Assembly: GCA_039803045.1 (NCBI GenBank)
Contig: JBDRXT010000002.1
Span: 1-32,116 of the forward strand
Length of the DNA: 32,116 nt
Reading direction: 5' to 3'
Source: a candidate division WOR-3 bacterium
Lineage (GTDB): Bacteria > Hydrothermota > Hydrothermia > LBFQ01 > DSFT01
Shown here: piece by piece, positions 9,426 through 17,726 of the stretch
How positions within the stretch are numbered: the stretch's first letter is position 1
Layout of the letters: each line of letters starts with the position of its first letter
Position numbers and translations under genes: made by a program
The notes under the pieces: generated by a model
What the model was told of the DNA's origin: nothing
Seen by the model: the letters and a program-made list of their open reading frames with translations, nothing else
The model's database searches: none

Positions 9426-10134
9426 ATTTTCTCATTTCTTCAATATCCGTATTTAATGCTTCTTCAATGCTACCATCAAATACCTTATAACCTTCCTGTA
9501 GAAGTACTATTCTTTTAGCAACTTTTATAGCACTTCTTAAATCATGAGTTATTGAAATTGTTGTTGTTTTAAGCTCGTCATTTAATTTTATTATTAAATC
9601 GTTAATTAAATCAGATGTTATTGGATCTAAACCTGTTGTAGGTTCATCATAAATAATATATTTTGGATTGTGAATAATAGCTCTTGCTATTGAAACACGT
9701 TTTCGCATTCCTCCAGAAAGTTCAGATGGATATAAATCTAGAACTCTTTCATCTAAGTCAACCATTTTTATAACTTCAATTGCTTTTTGCCTGATATAGC
9801 TTAAGTCCTTTTTACCATTCTCAATTAAAACTAAAGCTAAATTTTGAAATACATTGTAAAAATCAAAAAGTGCTCCCATCTGGAAAACATATCCAAAATT
9901 TCTTCTTAGTTTCATAAGTTCTTTTATACTTGCTTTATCAACTCTAATATTATCAACCCAAACTTCTCCTTTATCTGGCTTTAATAGTCCAACTATATGT
10001 TTAACTAAAACACTCTTGCCTGTTCCACTTCTTCCCATAATAGCTATACTTTCACCATTTTTTACTTCTAAATCTATTCCCTTTAAAACTTTAAAGTTAC
10101 CAAATGACTTATGCAAGTTCTTGATTCTAATCAT
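9403..10134 (-). CDS. ABC transporter ATP-binding protein (MlaF/Ttg2A-like), no permease gene adjacent
   Basis: 243 aa. Walker A GRSGTGKS, signature LSGGMRKRVSIARA, Walker B IIYDEPTTGLD, H-loop ITHD. Overlaps the upstream sigma-factor gene by 8 nt. Confidence 0.85.
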   Translation of the reverse strand: MIRIKNLHKSFGNFKVLKGIDLEVKNGESIAIMGRSGTGKSVLVKHIVGLLKPDKGEVWVDNIRVDKASIKELMKLRRNFGYVFQMGALFDFYNVFQNLALVLIENGKKDLSYIRQKAIEVIKMVDLDERVLDLYPSELSGGMRKRVSIARAIIHNPKYIIYDEPTTGLDPITSDLINDLIIKLNDELKTTTISITHDLRSAIKVAKRIVLLQEGYKVFDGSIEEALNTDIEEMRKFREYFGQ

Positions 10135-10957
10135 AAAATATGTGCCTTAGTTTATCAGAATACATAAACCTTAATTTTTTTATAACTTCTTCCTTTATTT
10201 GTCTTACTCTTTCTTTTGATATATTCAATTCTTTTGCAATTTCATCAAGTGTTTTTCTTTCACATCCTATTCCATAATATTCGGCAATAATTTTATATTC
10301 TCTTTCGTTTAATGCTCTCTTAATCAAGTTAATTGCAATTTCTAATCTTATTTCTTTATCAATATTTTCTCTTAATGTAAGTTGACTTGGATCTTCAAAT
10401 GTTTCCTCTCTCGTTCTATTATCATTTTCTTCATCCACATCATCTAAGGAAAAAGCTTTCCTATATTGATTTAGTATTTTTCTTATATTTTCTGGTTTCA
10501 TATTTAAAGCTTCTGAAAGTTCTTCAATTGTCGGTTCTCTCTTTTCAACTTTTTTAAATTCTTCAATTGTCTTTAAAATTTTTTCTAATTTCTCTCTATA
10601 ATCTAATGTGATTTTTATTGGATGAGATTGTTCTGTAATAAACTTTTGCATAGCATTTTCAATATAATAAGTAGCAAATGTTAACAATCGCACTCTTTTT
10701 CTCAAATCAAACTTCTTAATAGCTTCTTTAAGTGCATTTAAGCCCTCGCTTACTAAATAAGAGATTGGTACATAATTGCTATATTTATATGAAAGCTTTA
10801 AAATGTACCTTAAATTTGATCTAATAAGTTCATCCATTGCTTTTTTATCACCTGATTTTGCACGCCTTATAAGTTCTCTTTCTTCCTTAGGGCTTAAAAT
10901 TTTAGCAATTTCTATTTCTTTTTTTAATAATTCTGTTGTAAAGTCTTCATAAATCAT
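10127..10957 (-). CDS. RNA polymerase sigma factor, sigma-70 family (regions 2, 3, 4), with divergent region 2.3/2.4
   Basis: 276 aa. Region 2.1/2.2: LIRSNLRYILKLSYKY...SEGLNALKEAIKKFD. Region 3: REPTIEELSEALNMKPENIRKIL. Region 4.2 HTH: TLDEIAKELNISKERVRQIKEEVIKKLR. Region 2.3/2.4 reads FATYYIENAMQKF where WWIRQ is usual. Confidence 0.85.
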   Translation of the reverse strand: MIYEDFTTELLKKEIEIAKILSPKEERELIRRAKSGDKKAMDELIRSNLRYILKLSYKYSNYVPISYLVSEGLNALKEAIKKFDLRKRVRLLTFATYYIENAMQKFITEQSHPIKITLDYREKLEKILKTIEEFKKVEKREPTIEELSEALNMKPENIRKILNQYRKAFSLDDVDEENDNRTREETFEDPSQLTLRENIDKEIRLEIAINLIKRALNEREYKIIAEYYGIGCERKTLDEIAKELNISKERVRQIKEEVIKKLRFMYSDKLRHIFYD

Positions 10958-10978
10958 AGTTTAAAATTTTAAAGGTTT
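10958..10978. promoter_or_regulatory. 21-bp divergent intergenic region carrying the palindrome TTTAAAATTTTAAA (one TTTAAAAT box per strand)
   Basis: Sequence agTTTAAAATTTTAAAggttt. The minus-strand TAAAAT ends 8 nt before the sigma ATG (10957). The plus-strand TAAAAT ends 11 nt before the prmC-like ATG (10979). Confidence 0.4.
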
Positions 10979-11728
10979 ATGTTTGATGATTTGAGTATAT
11001 ATGAATTTGATTTTATATTGAGGGAAGTTTTAAATAAAAGTTATAGTGATTATTTGATAAGCGGTTTAAGAGATGATGAAAAAAATAAAATTGAACCATA
11101 TGTGAAATTAGCGAAATCAAAACCAGTAGAATATATATTTAAAAAAGCATATTTTAGGAATATTGTGCTATATGTTGATGAGAGGGTTTTGATTCCGAGA
11201 AATGAAACTGAACAACTTGTTGAAATAGCAATAAAATTTATCATAGAGAAAAATTATAAAAATATTTTTGAAATTGGTATAGGAAGTGGTGCTATAAGTA
11301 TAAGTTTGGCTCTTGAAATAGAAAGTATAAAAATTTTTGCAAATGATATATCTTTTAATGCTCTTGAAGTTGCGAAAAAAAATATAAACAATTACAAACT
11401 TAATGATAGGATATTTTTATTTTGTGGAGATTCGCTAAATGCTATAAAATCAAAATTTGATATGATAATTTGGAATATACCTTATGTACTTGAAACCGAA
11501 TATTGCTATTTAAGTGAAAAAGTTAAGTGTGAGCCAGAAATTGCATTTTTATATAAAGAGGAGATATTTAATAGATTTTTAGAAAATTTTAAATATTTTT
11601 TATCATGGAATGGCTGCTGTATTTTAGAAATATCACCAAATCTATCTGAAAAGTTGAGGCAATATGACTTTAAAATTATAGAGGATACTTATGGTATTGA
11701 AAGGTTTTCTTTCTTTTTTAATTCATAA
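10979..11728 (+). CDS. prmC: Release-factor glutamine N5-methyltransferase-like (HemK/PrmC family)
   Basis: 249 aa. KPVEYIFKKAYFRNIVLYVDERVLIPRNETEQLVE matches the HemK P.QYI.G...F......V...VLIPR.ETE motif. SAM motif EIGIGSGAISISLA. Catalytic tetrapeptide present as NIPY (WNIPYV) instead of NPPY. Confidence 0.7.
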   Translation: MFDDLSIYEFDFILREVLNKSYSDYLISGLRDDEKNKIEPYVKLAKSKPVEYIFKKAYFRNIVLYVDERVLIPRNETEQLVEIAIKFIIEKNYKNIFEIGIGSGAISISLALEIESIKIFANDISFNALEVAKKNINNYKLNDRIFLFCGDSLNAIKSKFDMIIWNIPYVLETEYCYLSEKVKCEPEIAFLYKEEIFNRFLENFKYFLSWNGCCILEISPNLSEKLRQYDFKIIEDTYGIERFSFFFNS

Positions 11729-12942
11729 CCAAGAATTGACCATAAGAATATAGAAACATTCGGCATGTTTAGAAAGTTTGCAAAAAATGCTGAAACAAAT
11801 ATCCAGGTAAATGCCATAATAATAATAGGGTTTTTGCTTAATATGAAAGCTCTTATAATAAGAGACAATATAATAGTTATATTCAAAATAAGTCCGAAAA
11901 TTCCATTAGAAACTAACCAATAAACATATTGATTGTGGGTATCTAATGGAACTAAAATTATTCCGAACATTTGACTTAGAATATCAGAATTTAAAAAGTA
12001 TGCAATTGCTAATTTCCAAATACCTAATCTCCCACTAAATCCACTTTCTTCATCAAACTCAATTCCAGCATACTCCCACCTTTGAATAATACTATCAAAA
12101 TTTAGAAATATGAATAAAAGAAATGGAAATAAATAATGAAATTTTCTTTGATATAATGAGAAAAAAAGAAGTATTAAACTTGAGGATGTCCATGCAGACC
12201 TTGTTTGAGTAGCGTATATTGGAATTGTTGATAAATAAATAAGGATTAAATAATAGAACTTTTTCTCTTTTATAAAAAGATAGCAAAGTATAGTAAAAGC
12301 CATTGTTAGATAAATAACAAGCTGAGTGCTATCGTGATATAGAAGTTTCAATCTCCAGAATTGTTTTTGATTTCCAGTTATCATATAAAATTCGTCAATT
12401 TTGTAAAATGTAAATACTAAAGAAAAAATAATAAGAATGATTAAAGGAACTAAAATTGCTTTTAAAAACTTATGAAAATCCTCTTCTTTTTCAAGAAGAT
12501 AACCTATCAAAAAGAAAAAAGGAATTCCACCACAACTTCTCAAAAAGTACTCAGATGATTTGTAAACATCACTGAACTGAAATGATATAAGAAACATTGA
12601 AAAATGATATAAGAAATAAATAACTGGCAAAATCCAAAGATTAAAATCACTTAATTTAATTTTCAACTTTAAAATTAAGTAAAAAGAAAGAATTATAAGA
12701 GAAACGCTAAAAATGTGAGTGATTTTAAAACCAAAAATATAACTATTCCAAAAAAATAAATCTATTGTAATTGGTCTTAAAGCAATAAGAAAAGTAATAA
12801 GCCAAAAGAAGAATTTTCTTGACTCAATAAAAAGCAAACTTGTAAGTAATAAAATTGCTAAAATGGGTATTAGTATGAGCGGATTGAGATAAAAAATCAA
12901 AATAAAGCTAATAACACCTAATGCATAAATGAAAATATTCAA
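11689..12942 (-). CDS. O-antigen ligase/polymerase-like (Wzy_C) polytopic membrane protein
   Basis: 417 aa with 10 or more hydrophobic segments. The central loop YATQTRSAWTSSSLILLF resembles the Wzy_C/O-antigen ligase signature. Apparent TTG start at 12942. Confidence 0.55.
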   Translation of the reverse strand: MNIFIYALGVISFILIFYLNPLILIPILAILLLTSLLFIESRKFFFWLITFLIALRPITIDLFFWNSYIFGFKITHIFSVSLIILSFYLILKLKIKLSDFNLWILPVIYFLYHFSMFLISFQFSDVYKSSEYFLRSCGGIPFFFLIGYLLEKEEDFHKFLKAILVPLIILIIFSLVFTFYKIDEFYMITGNQKQFWRLKLLYHDSTQLVIYLTMAFTILCYLFIKEKKFYYLILIYLSTIPIYATQTRSAWTSSSLILLFFSLYQRKFHYLFPFLLFIFLNFDSIIQRWEYAGIEFDEESGFSGRLGIWKLAIAYFLNSDILSQMFGIILVPLDTHNQYVYWLVSNGIFGLILNITIILSLIIRAFILSKNPIIIMAFTWIFVSAFFANFLNMPNVSIFLWSILGYELKKKENLSIP

Positions 12943-12994
12943 TTTAAAATTTTAATGCATTCTTGAATTCTTTAAACCTTTAAAATTTTCAATT
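12943..12994. promoter_or_regulatory. Divergent intergenic region with oriented TAAAAT boxes for both flanking genes
   Basis: Plus: CCTTTAAAATTTT (12977..12989), TAAAAT ends 8 nt before the yajC ATG at 12995. Minus: ATTAAAATTTTAAA, TAAAAT ends 6 nt before the TTG at 12942. Confidence 0.35.
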
Positions 12995-13267
12995 ATGCAG
13001 GATAATATGGGAGTAAATTGGATTTCACTTCTTGTATTTTATTTGCTCATATTTTTAGTTTTATATTTAATTTTGATATTGCCACAGCAAAGGGAGAGAA
13101 AGAGAAAAGAGCAAATGATAAGGAATATAAAGAAAGGTGATAGAATTATTACTACATCTGGAATTATTGGTGAGGTAACTATAATAGGTGATGATTATTT
13201 TGTTATTGAAAGTGAAAATAGTGTTATTAAGATTAAGAAGTGGGCAGTAAATGAGGTTATAAAATAA
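12995..13267 (+). CDS. yajC: Preprotein translocase subunit YajC
   Basis: 90 aa. A single N-terminal TM segment, then PQQRERKRKEQMIRNIKKGDRIITTSGIIGEV, the canonical YajC core. Alternative in-frame ATG at 13007. Confidence 0.85.
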   Translation: MQDNMGVNWISLLVFYLLIFLVLYLILILPQQRERKRKEQMIRNIKKGDRIITTSGIIGEVTIIGDDYFVIESENSVIKIKKWAVNEVIK

Positions 13268-13821
13268 TGGTGAGAAAGATTTTAATATATCCAGACAGTT
13301 TTTTAAGAAAGAGGACAATAGAGATTGAGGATTTTAACTTTGAAATATTTCAATTAGCTATAGACTTAATAGATACAATGAGATATTATGAGGGGCTTGG
13401 AATATCCGCGAATCAGGTTGGAGAGATTCATAAGATGTGTGCAATTGATTTGGAAGGTATAAAAGAGGGAAAAGGTTATTTAGTTTTAGCTAATCCTGTT
13501 TTAATATATAAGGAAGGTTCAGAGATTGATGAAGAAGGTTGCTTGTCATTTCCTGATTTATATTTTAAGATTCAAAGACCTAGTTTTGCTATTGTTAGGG
13601 CGCATAAATTAAATTTAAAAACAAGGGAGTTTGAAAAAGTTGAGATTCAAGCAAGGGGTTTATTTGCAAGAGTTATATTACACGAAATTGATCATTTAAA
13701 TGGTATTTTATTTATAGATTACTTACCTATTGAAAAGAGAGCAAAAATTCTAAAGGAATGGATGGATAATTTTAAATCCAAACAGAAAGCTTATGAAAAA
13801 TCCAGTGCGAAAACGATATAA
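13267..13821 (+). CDS. def: Peptide deformylase
   Basis: 184 aa with all three PDF motifs: GISANQVG, EGCLSFP, HEIDHLNG. TAATG overlap with yajC. TGAGGT SD-like upstream. Confidence 0.95.
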   Translation: MVRKILIYPDSFLRKRTIEIEDFNFEIFQLAIDLIDTMRYYEGLGISANQVGEIHKMCAIDLEGIKEGKGYLVLANPVLIYKEGSEIDEEGCLSFPDLYFKIQRPSFAIVRAHKLNLKTREFEKVEIQARGLFARVILHEIDHLNGILFIDYLPIEKRAKILKEWMDNFKSKQKAYEKSSAKTI

Positions 13822-14491
13822 AAACTTCACTATTTTTATTTTTCTTTATAGCTTTCATAACTTTCTGAGCAACTTTTTCTGCTTTATCAAGCTTTGGAAA
13901 TTTATACGGTAATTCTAGATTATCAAAAAACTCAGTTTCAGTAGCTCCTGGATAAACATTAATAACTTTAATTTTATTTCTATAAAGTTCTTTTCTCAAA
14001 CTCTTAAAAAATCCCATTTGAGCGCATTTACTTGCACTATAAATTGACCAATTTTTTAATGGGAAAAATGCTATTAAACTTATAATATTTACTATAGTTC
14101 CATAACCTTGTTGTTTCATAATAGGAACAAGCTCTTTTGTTATAAAAATATGTGAAAACAAATTTGTCCAGAACAATTTTTCAACTTTTTCTAACGTTAT
14201 TGTTTCAATTTGGCCATAATAACCAATTCCTACGTTGTTTACAAGAACATCTAGACTATCAAATGTTTCAAGAAAGTAGTTTTTAATAAATGTAAAATCG
14301 TTATTTTTACTTAAATCCATTACAAGAAAATTCACTTTTATTTTAAATTTCTCCTCTAAATCGTTGCATATTTCAGTTAGCTTATTTTTTCTTCTTGATA
14401 TTAAAAGTAGATTATACTTGTTTTTTGCAAGCTCATAAGCTATAGCCTTTCCAATACCACTACTCGCTCCTGTAATTATTGCACTCTTCAT
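13772..14491 (-). CDS. Short-chain dehydrogenase/reductase (SDR) family oxidoreductase
   Basis: 239 aa. Cofactor motif TGASSGIGKA, NNVG, catalytic YSASK. The 3' end overlaps the def 3' end by 50 nt (convergent). Confidence 0.85.
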   Translation of the reverse strand: MKSAIITGASSGIGKAIAYELAKNKYNLLLISRRKNKLTEICNDLEEKFKIKVNFLVMDLSKNNDFTFIKNYFLETFDSLDVLVNNVGIGYYGQIETITLEKVEKLFWTNLFSHIFITKELVPIMKQQGYGTIVNIISLIAFFPLKNWSIYSASKCAQMGFFKSLRKELYRNKIKVINVYPGATETEFFDNLELPYKFPKLDKAEKVAQKVMKAIKKNKNSEVFISFSHWIFHKLSVWI

Positions 14492-15528
14492 ACCTTTATT
14501 GGATTTGGTGTAAAAGTTAAAATAAATAAAGCAAGGGAAAGAATAGCATATAATTTGTCTAACTTTGAAAGTTTTGTATAATCATTTAAAGGTTTTGGAT
14601 GTTCAATTCCCAAAACAAAAGCTAATATAGCCCAAACAAGCCATCCCCCCCAATAGAGAAATCCAAATACAATTAAAGCTATCCAAACAGCATAAGAGAT
14701 ATATTTTTGATGTTTACCAAATAGCGAATATGCGATATGCCCCCCATCTAATTGACCTATTGGTAGTAAGTTTAGATTCGTTACAAATAGTCCTAGCCAT
14801 CCAGCAAAAGCAATTGGATGCAAAATAACAACTTTATCTGATGTATCACCAAGAAGAGTATAAGATATAAGTTTAAATAAAATACTCTCTCCAAGTGAAA
14901 AACCTAATCTTGATGCTTCATCTAAAGGTATTACTTTTGAAAATTTCAAACCAATTATCAAGACGAAAATTGCTATAATAAGACCAAACCAGGGTCCTGC
15001 AGCTCCAATATGCAATAATGCTTTTCTATTTGGAATAATTGATCTTAACTTTATTATAGCTCCCATAGTCCCAATAAGTGGATTTGGAAATGGTATGAAA
15101 TACGGTAATGTTGCGTCTACTTTAAATTTTTTAGATAATATGTAATGGCCCATCTCATGAAATATTAATATAGACATTATAGATAAAGAGAAAGGTATAC
15201 CTTTTATAATATCCCTTGAGAATGGATTAACCCCTTCTTGAAAAGCACCTGCAATAATAGTTGAAATAATTGTTAATATTAACAAAATTAAGTGTAATGC
15301 ATAATTTTGTTTTTGGGGCTTTGGAATTCTTATAAGCCTTAATATGAACTTATTTTCTTGTGAAGGTTTAATTTCAACGTAGTAGTTAATCTTAATCAAT
15401 TCTTCCTCAATTTTTGCTAAATATTCTTCTGGTTTATATGGAATATGAACTAATACAATTATATAGTCTTCAAACTCTTGGACAGACAACACAGAAGCGT
15501 ATCTATTTAAGATATAATACACGTTCAT
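14488..15528 (-). CDS. Peptidase M50 / site-2 protease family membrane metalloprotease
   Basis: 346 aa. HEMGHY zinc motif inside a TM segment and a downstream NLLPIGQLDGGH motif. Multiple TM helices. ATGA-type 4-nt overlaps on both sides. Confidence 0.8.
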   Translation of the reverse strand: MNVYYILNRYASVLSVQEFEDYIIVLVHIPYKPEEYLAKIEEELIKINYYVEIKPSQENKFILRLIRIPKPQKQNYALHLILLILTIISTIIAGAFQEGVNPFSRDIIKGIPFSLSIMSILIFHEMGHYILSKKFKVDATLPYFIPFPNPLIGTMGAIIKLRSIIPNRKALLHIGAAGPWFGLIIAIFVLIIGLKFSKVIPLDEASRLGFSLGESILFKLISYTLLGDTSDKVVILHPIAFAGWLGLFVTNLNLLPIGQLDGGHIAYSLFGKHQKYISYAVWIALIVFGFLYWGGWLVWAILAFVLGIEHPKPLNDYTKLSKLDKLYAILSLALFILTFTPNPIKV

Positions 15529-16547
15529 ACTTCTAAAACAACCTTTCCAAAAACCTCTCCACTTTCAAGAATTTTATGAGCCTCTCTTGCGTCTTTAAGA
15601 TCTAGAACTTTATAAATAACTGGTTTTAGTATTTCTCTTTCATAGTAATCAATAATCTTAAATAAATCCGCCCTTTTTCCCATTGTTGAACCTATTATAG
15701 AAATTTGTCTAAAGAATATGTGTCTTAAGTCAATTTCTGCTATATGTCCACTTGTTGCTCCATATGTTATAATTCTACCTCCATTTTTTACAATTTTAAT
15801 TAAATTATTTAAATGCATTTTGCCAGTATGATCTAAAACAGCGTCAATTCTTCCAAATTTCTTTTTAATTTCCTCACTAATATCAGATTTTTTCCAATTT
15901 ATTACATAATCTGCACCAAGAGCATAGCATTTTTCAACTTTTTCCTCATTTCCAACAGTTGTAATAACATACGCATTTATTATTTTCTTTGCTATTTGAA
16001 TAGCGACTGAACCAACTCCACTTCCTCCTGACATTATCAAGATGACTTCATCCCTTTGTAAGTTCCCTCTTCTTATAAGTGCATTATAGGCTGTTAATGA
16101 TGTGAGTATAAAGCTTGAACTTTCTATAAAACTTAGATTCTTTGGTTTTTTGAAAACAAACTCGCTTTTTATATTAATATACTCTCTATATCCTCCCCAT
16201 ACGTTTTCCCCAAGTATTGAATAGTTCTTACAAAAATTATCATTTCCACTCATACACTCATAACATAAATTGCAAGATATTGCTGGTGCTAAAATTACTT
16301 CATCTCCAATATCTATATGTTTTACTTCGCTTCCCTTATCTATTACAATTCCCGATATATCAGCTCCTAATATATGTGGTAATTTTGGTCTTATGTTTAC
16401 CCCTTTTCTAATCCATATGTCTAAATGGTTTAGAGAAACTGCTTTTATTTGAACTAAAACTTCATTTGGACCAATTTTTGGATCTTCAATTTCCCTATAT
16501 TCGAGAACATCAACATCTCCAAAATTATTTATAATAACAGCTTTCAC
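15525..16547 (-). CDS. Medium-chain dehydrogenase/reductase (zinc-type ADH / quinone oxidoreductase family)
   Basis: 340 aa. GroES-like N-domain with structural-Zn cluster [15 protein letters not shown] and Rossmann motif [19 protein letters not shown] start overlapping the rpsG stop (GTGA). Confidence 0.8.
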   Translation of the reverse strand: MKAVIINNFGDVDVLEYREIEDPKIGPNEVLVQIKAVSLNHLDIWIRKGVNIRPKLPHILGADISGIVIDKGSEVKHIDIGDEVILAPAISCNLCYECMSGNDNFCKNYSILGENVWGGYREYINIKSEFVFKKPKNLSFIESSSFILTSLTAYNALIRRGNLQRDEVILIMSGGSGVGSVAIQIAKKIINAYVITTVGNEEKVEKCYALGADYVINWKKSDISEEIKKKFGRIDAVLDHTGKMHLNNLIKIVKNGGRIITYGATSGHIAEIDLRHIFFRQISIIGSTMGKRADLFKIIDYYEREILKPVIYKVLDLKDAREAHKILESGEVFGKVVLEV

Positions 16548-17011
16548 CAGCGATAATGAGCAAATACTCTATTAGCTTCTGCCATTTTATGAGTATTTTC
16601 TCTTGTTTTAACTGCATTACCTACACCTTTGTAAGCATCAATTAATTCGTTTGCTAATCTTTCTATCATAGTTCTTTCTGATCTATTTCTTGCTGCTTGT
16701 ATAATCCACTTAATAGCTAAGGATATTTGGCGCTTTGGTCTTATTTCAACTGGAACTTGATATGTAGCTCCTCCTACTCTTCTTGCTCTAACTTCAATTT
16801 CTGGCTTAACATTCTCTATCGCTTTTAGAAATACTTGATATCCATCCTCTCCTGTTTTTTTCTGAATTAGGTCAAGTGCTCTATAAAATATCTTTCTTGA
16901 AATTGTTTTCTTTCCATCCCACATTAAGTTGTTAATAAATTTTGAAACTAATACTGAATTATATTTGGGATCTGGCTCAATTACTCTTTCAGGTGCTCTT
17001 CTTCTTCTCAT
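16544..17011 (-). CDS. rpsG: 30S ribosomal protein S7
   Basis: 155 aa: [19 protein letters not shown]..., [21 protein letters not shown], ...FAHYRW. AAGGAGG SD upstream. ATGA overlap with rpsL. Confidence 0.97.
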   Translation of the reverse strand: MRRRRAPERVIEPDPKYNSVLVSKFINNLMWDGKKTISRKIFYRALDLIQKKTGEDGYQVFLKAIENVKPEIEVRARRVGGATYQVPVEIRPKRQISLAIKWIIQAARNRSERTMIERLANELIDAYKGVGNAVKTRENTHKMAEANRVFAHYRW

Positions 17012-17391
17012 TTTTTAGCCTCCTTGGGTCTCTTTGTTCCATATTTACTTCTACTATTTCTCCTTTTCTCGACACCTGCTGCATCATAAACACCTCTAAC
17101 AATATGATATTTAACTCCTGGTAAGTCTTTTACTCTTCCACCTCTTACAAGAACAACTGAGTGTTCCTGTAAATTATGACCTTCCCCGGGAATGTATGCG
17201 ATAATTTCCCTACCATTCGAAAGCCTTACTTTCGCTACTTTACGAAGAGCAGAATTAGGCTTTTTAGGTGTAGTAGTATAAACTCTTATGCAAACTCCTC
17301 TTTTTTGAGGATTTCCTTCAAGTGCAGGAGCTTTTGACTTTCTTTTTTTAGGTTTTCTTGGATTTCTAACTAGCTGATTTATTGTTGGCAT
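17008..17391 (-). CDS. rpsL: 30S ribosomal protein S12
   Basis: 127 aa: [13 protein letters not shown]..., [61 protein letters not shown] embedded in the rpmA 3' end. Confidence 0.97.
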   Translation of the reverse strand: MPTINQLVRNPRKPKKRKSKAPALEGNPQKRGVCIRVYTTTPKKPNSALRKVAKVRLSNGREIIAYIPGEGHNLQEHSVVLVRGGRVKDLPGVKYHIVRGVYDAAGVEKRRNSRSKYGTKRPKEAKK

Positions 17392-17671
17392 AATTCCCTC
17401 CGTAATATAAATTATACTCTTCTAAAGGATATACTGATACAAAAACTTTATTCTTTCTCCTTTCAAACTTAACTTTACCATTTATTAGAGAATAAAGTGA
17501 GTCATCTTTTCCTCTTGCTACATTATAACCTGGATGAAATTTTGTTCCTCTCTGTCTTACTAGTATATTTCCAATTTTTACAATTTGACCATCTCCCACT
17601 TTTACTCCAAGATATTTAGGTCTACTATCCCTTCCATTCTGAGTTGAACCTTGTCCTTTATGTGTTGCCAT
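17366..17671 (-). CDS. rpmA: 50S ribosomal protein L27 (with about 16-aa C-terminal extension)
   Basis: 101 aa: [24 protein letters not shown]...[33 protein letters not shown]. The tail [16 protein letters not shown] overlaps the rpsL start by 26 nt. Confidence 0.9.
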   Translation of the reverse strand: MATHKGQGSTQNGRDSRPKYLGVKVGDGQIVKIGNILVRQRGTKFHPGYNVARGKDDSLYSLINGKVKFERRKNKVFVSVYPLEEYNLYYGGNYANNKSAS

Positions 17672-17726
17672 AGTTTGAAAATTTTAAAGCTAAATTCCCC
17701 TGCTTTAAAATTTAAATCTTCTCTTT
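17672..17726. promoter_or_regulatory. Divergent rpmA/dnaJ intergenic region with one GCTTTAAAATTT box on each strand
   Basis: Minus strand reads GCTTTAAAATTTTCAAACT-ATG (TAAAAT ends 9 nt before the rpmA ATG at 17671). Plus strand GCTTTAAAATTT at 17702..17713 (TAAAAT ends 15 nt before the dnaJ ATG at 17727). No SD on either side. Confidence 0.4.

Noticed and set aside
11050-13318. Small overlapping ORFs 11050..11244 (-), 12095..12286 (-) and 13067..13318 (-).
   Set aside because: Each lies antisense to, or in an alternative frame of, a better-supported gene (prmC-like, O-antigen-ligase-like, yajC/def). Their composition is that of frame-shifted AT-rich sequence.
16217-17124. Plus-strand ORFs 16217..16411, 16270..16452 and 16942..17124, opposite the MDR and rpsG/rpsL genes.
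   Set aside because: They are antisense to genes with clear conserved motifs. No independent evidence.
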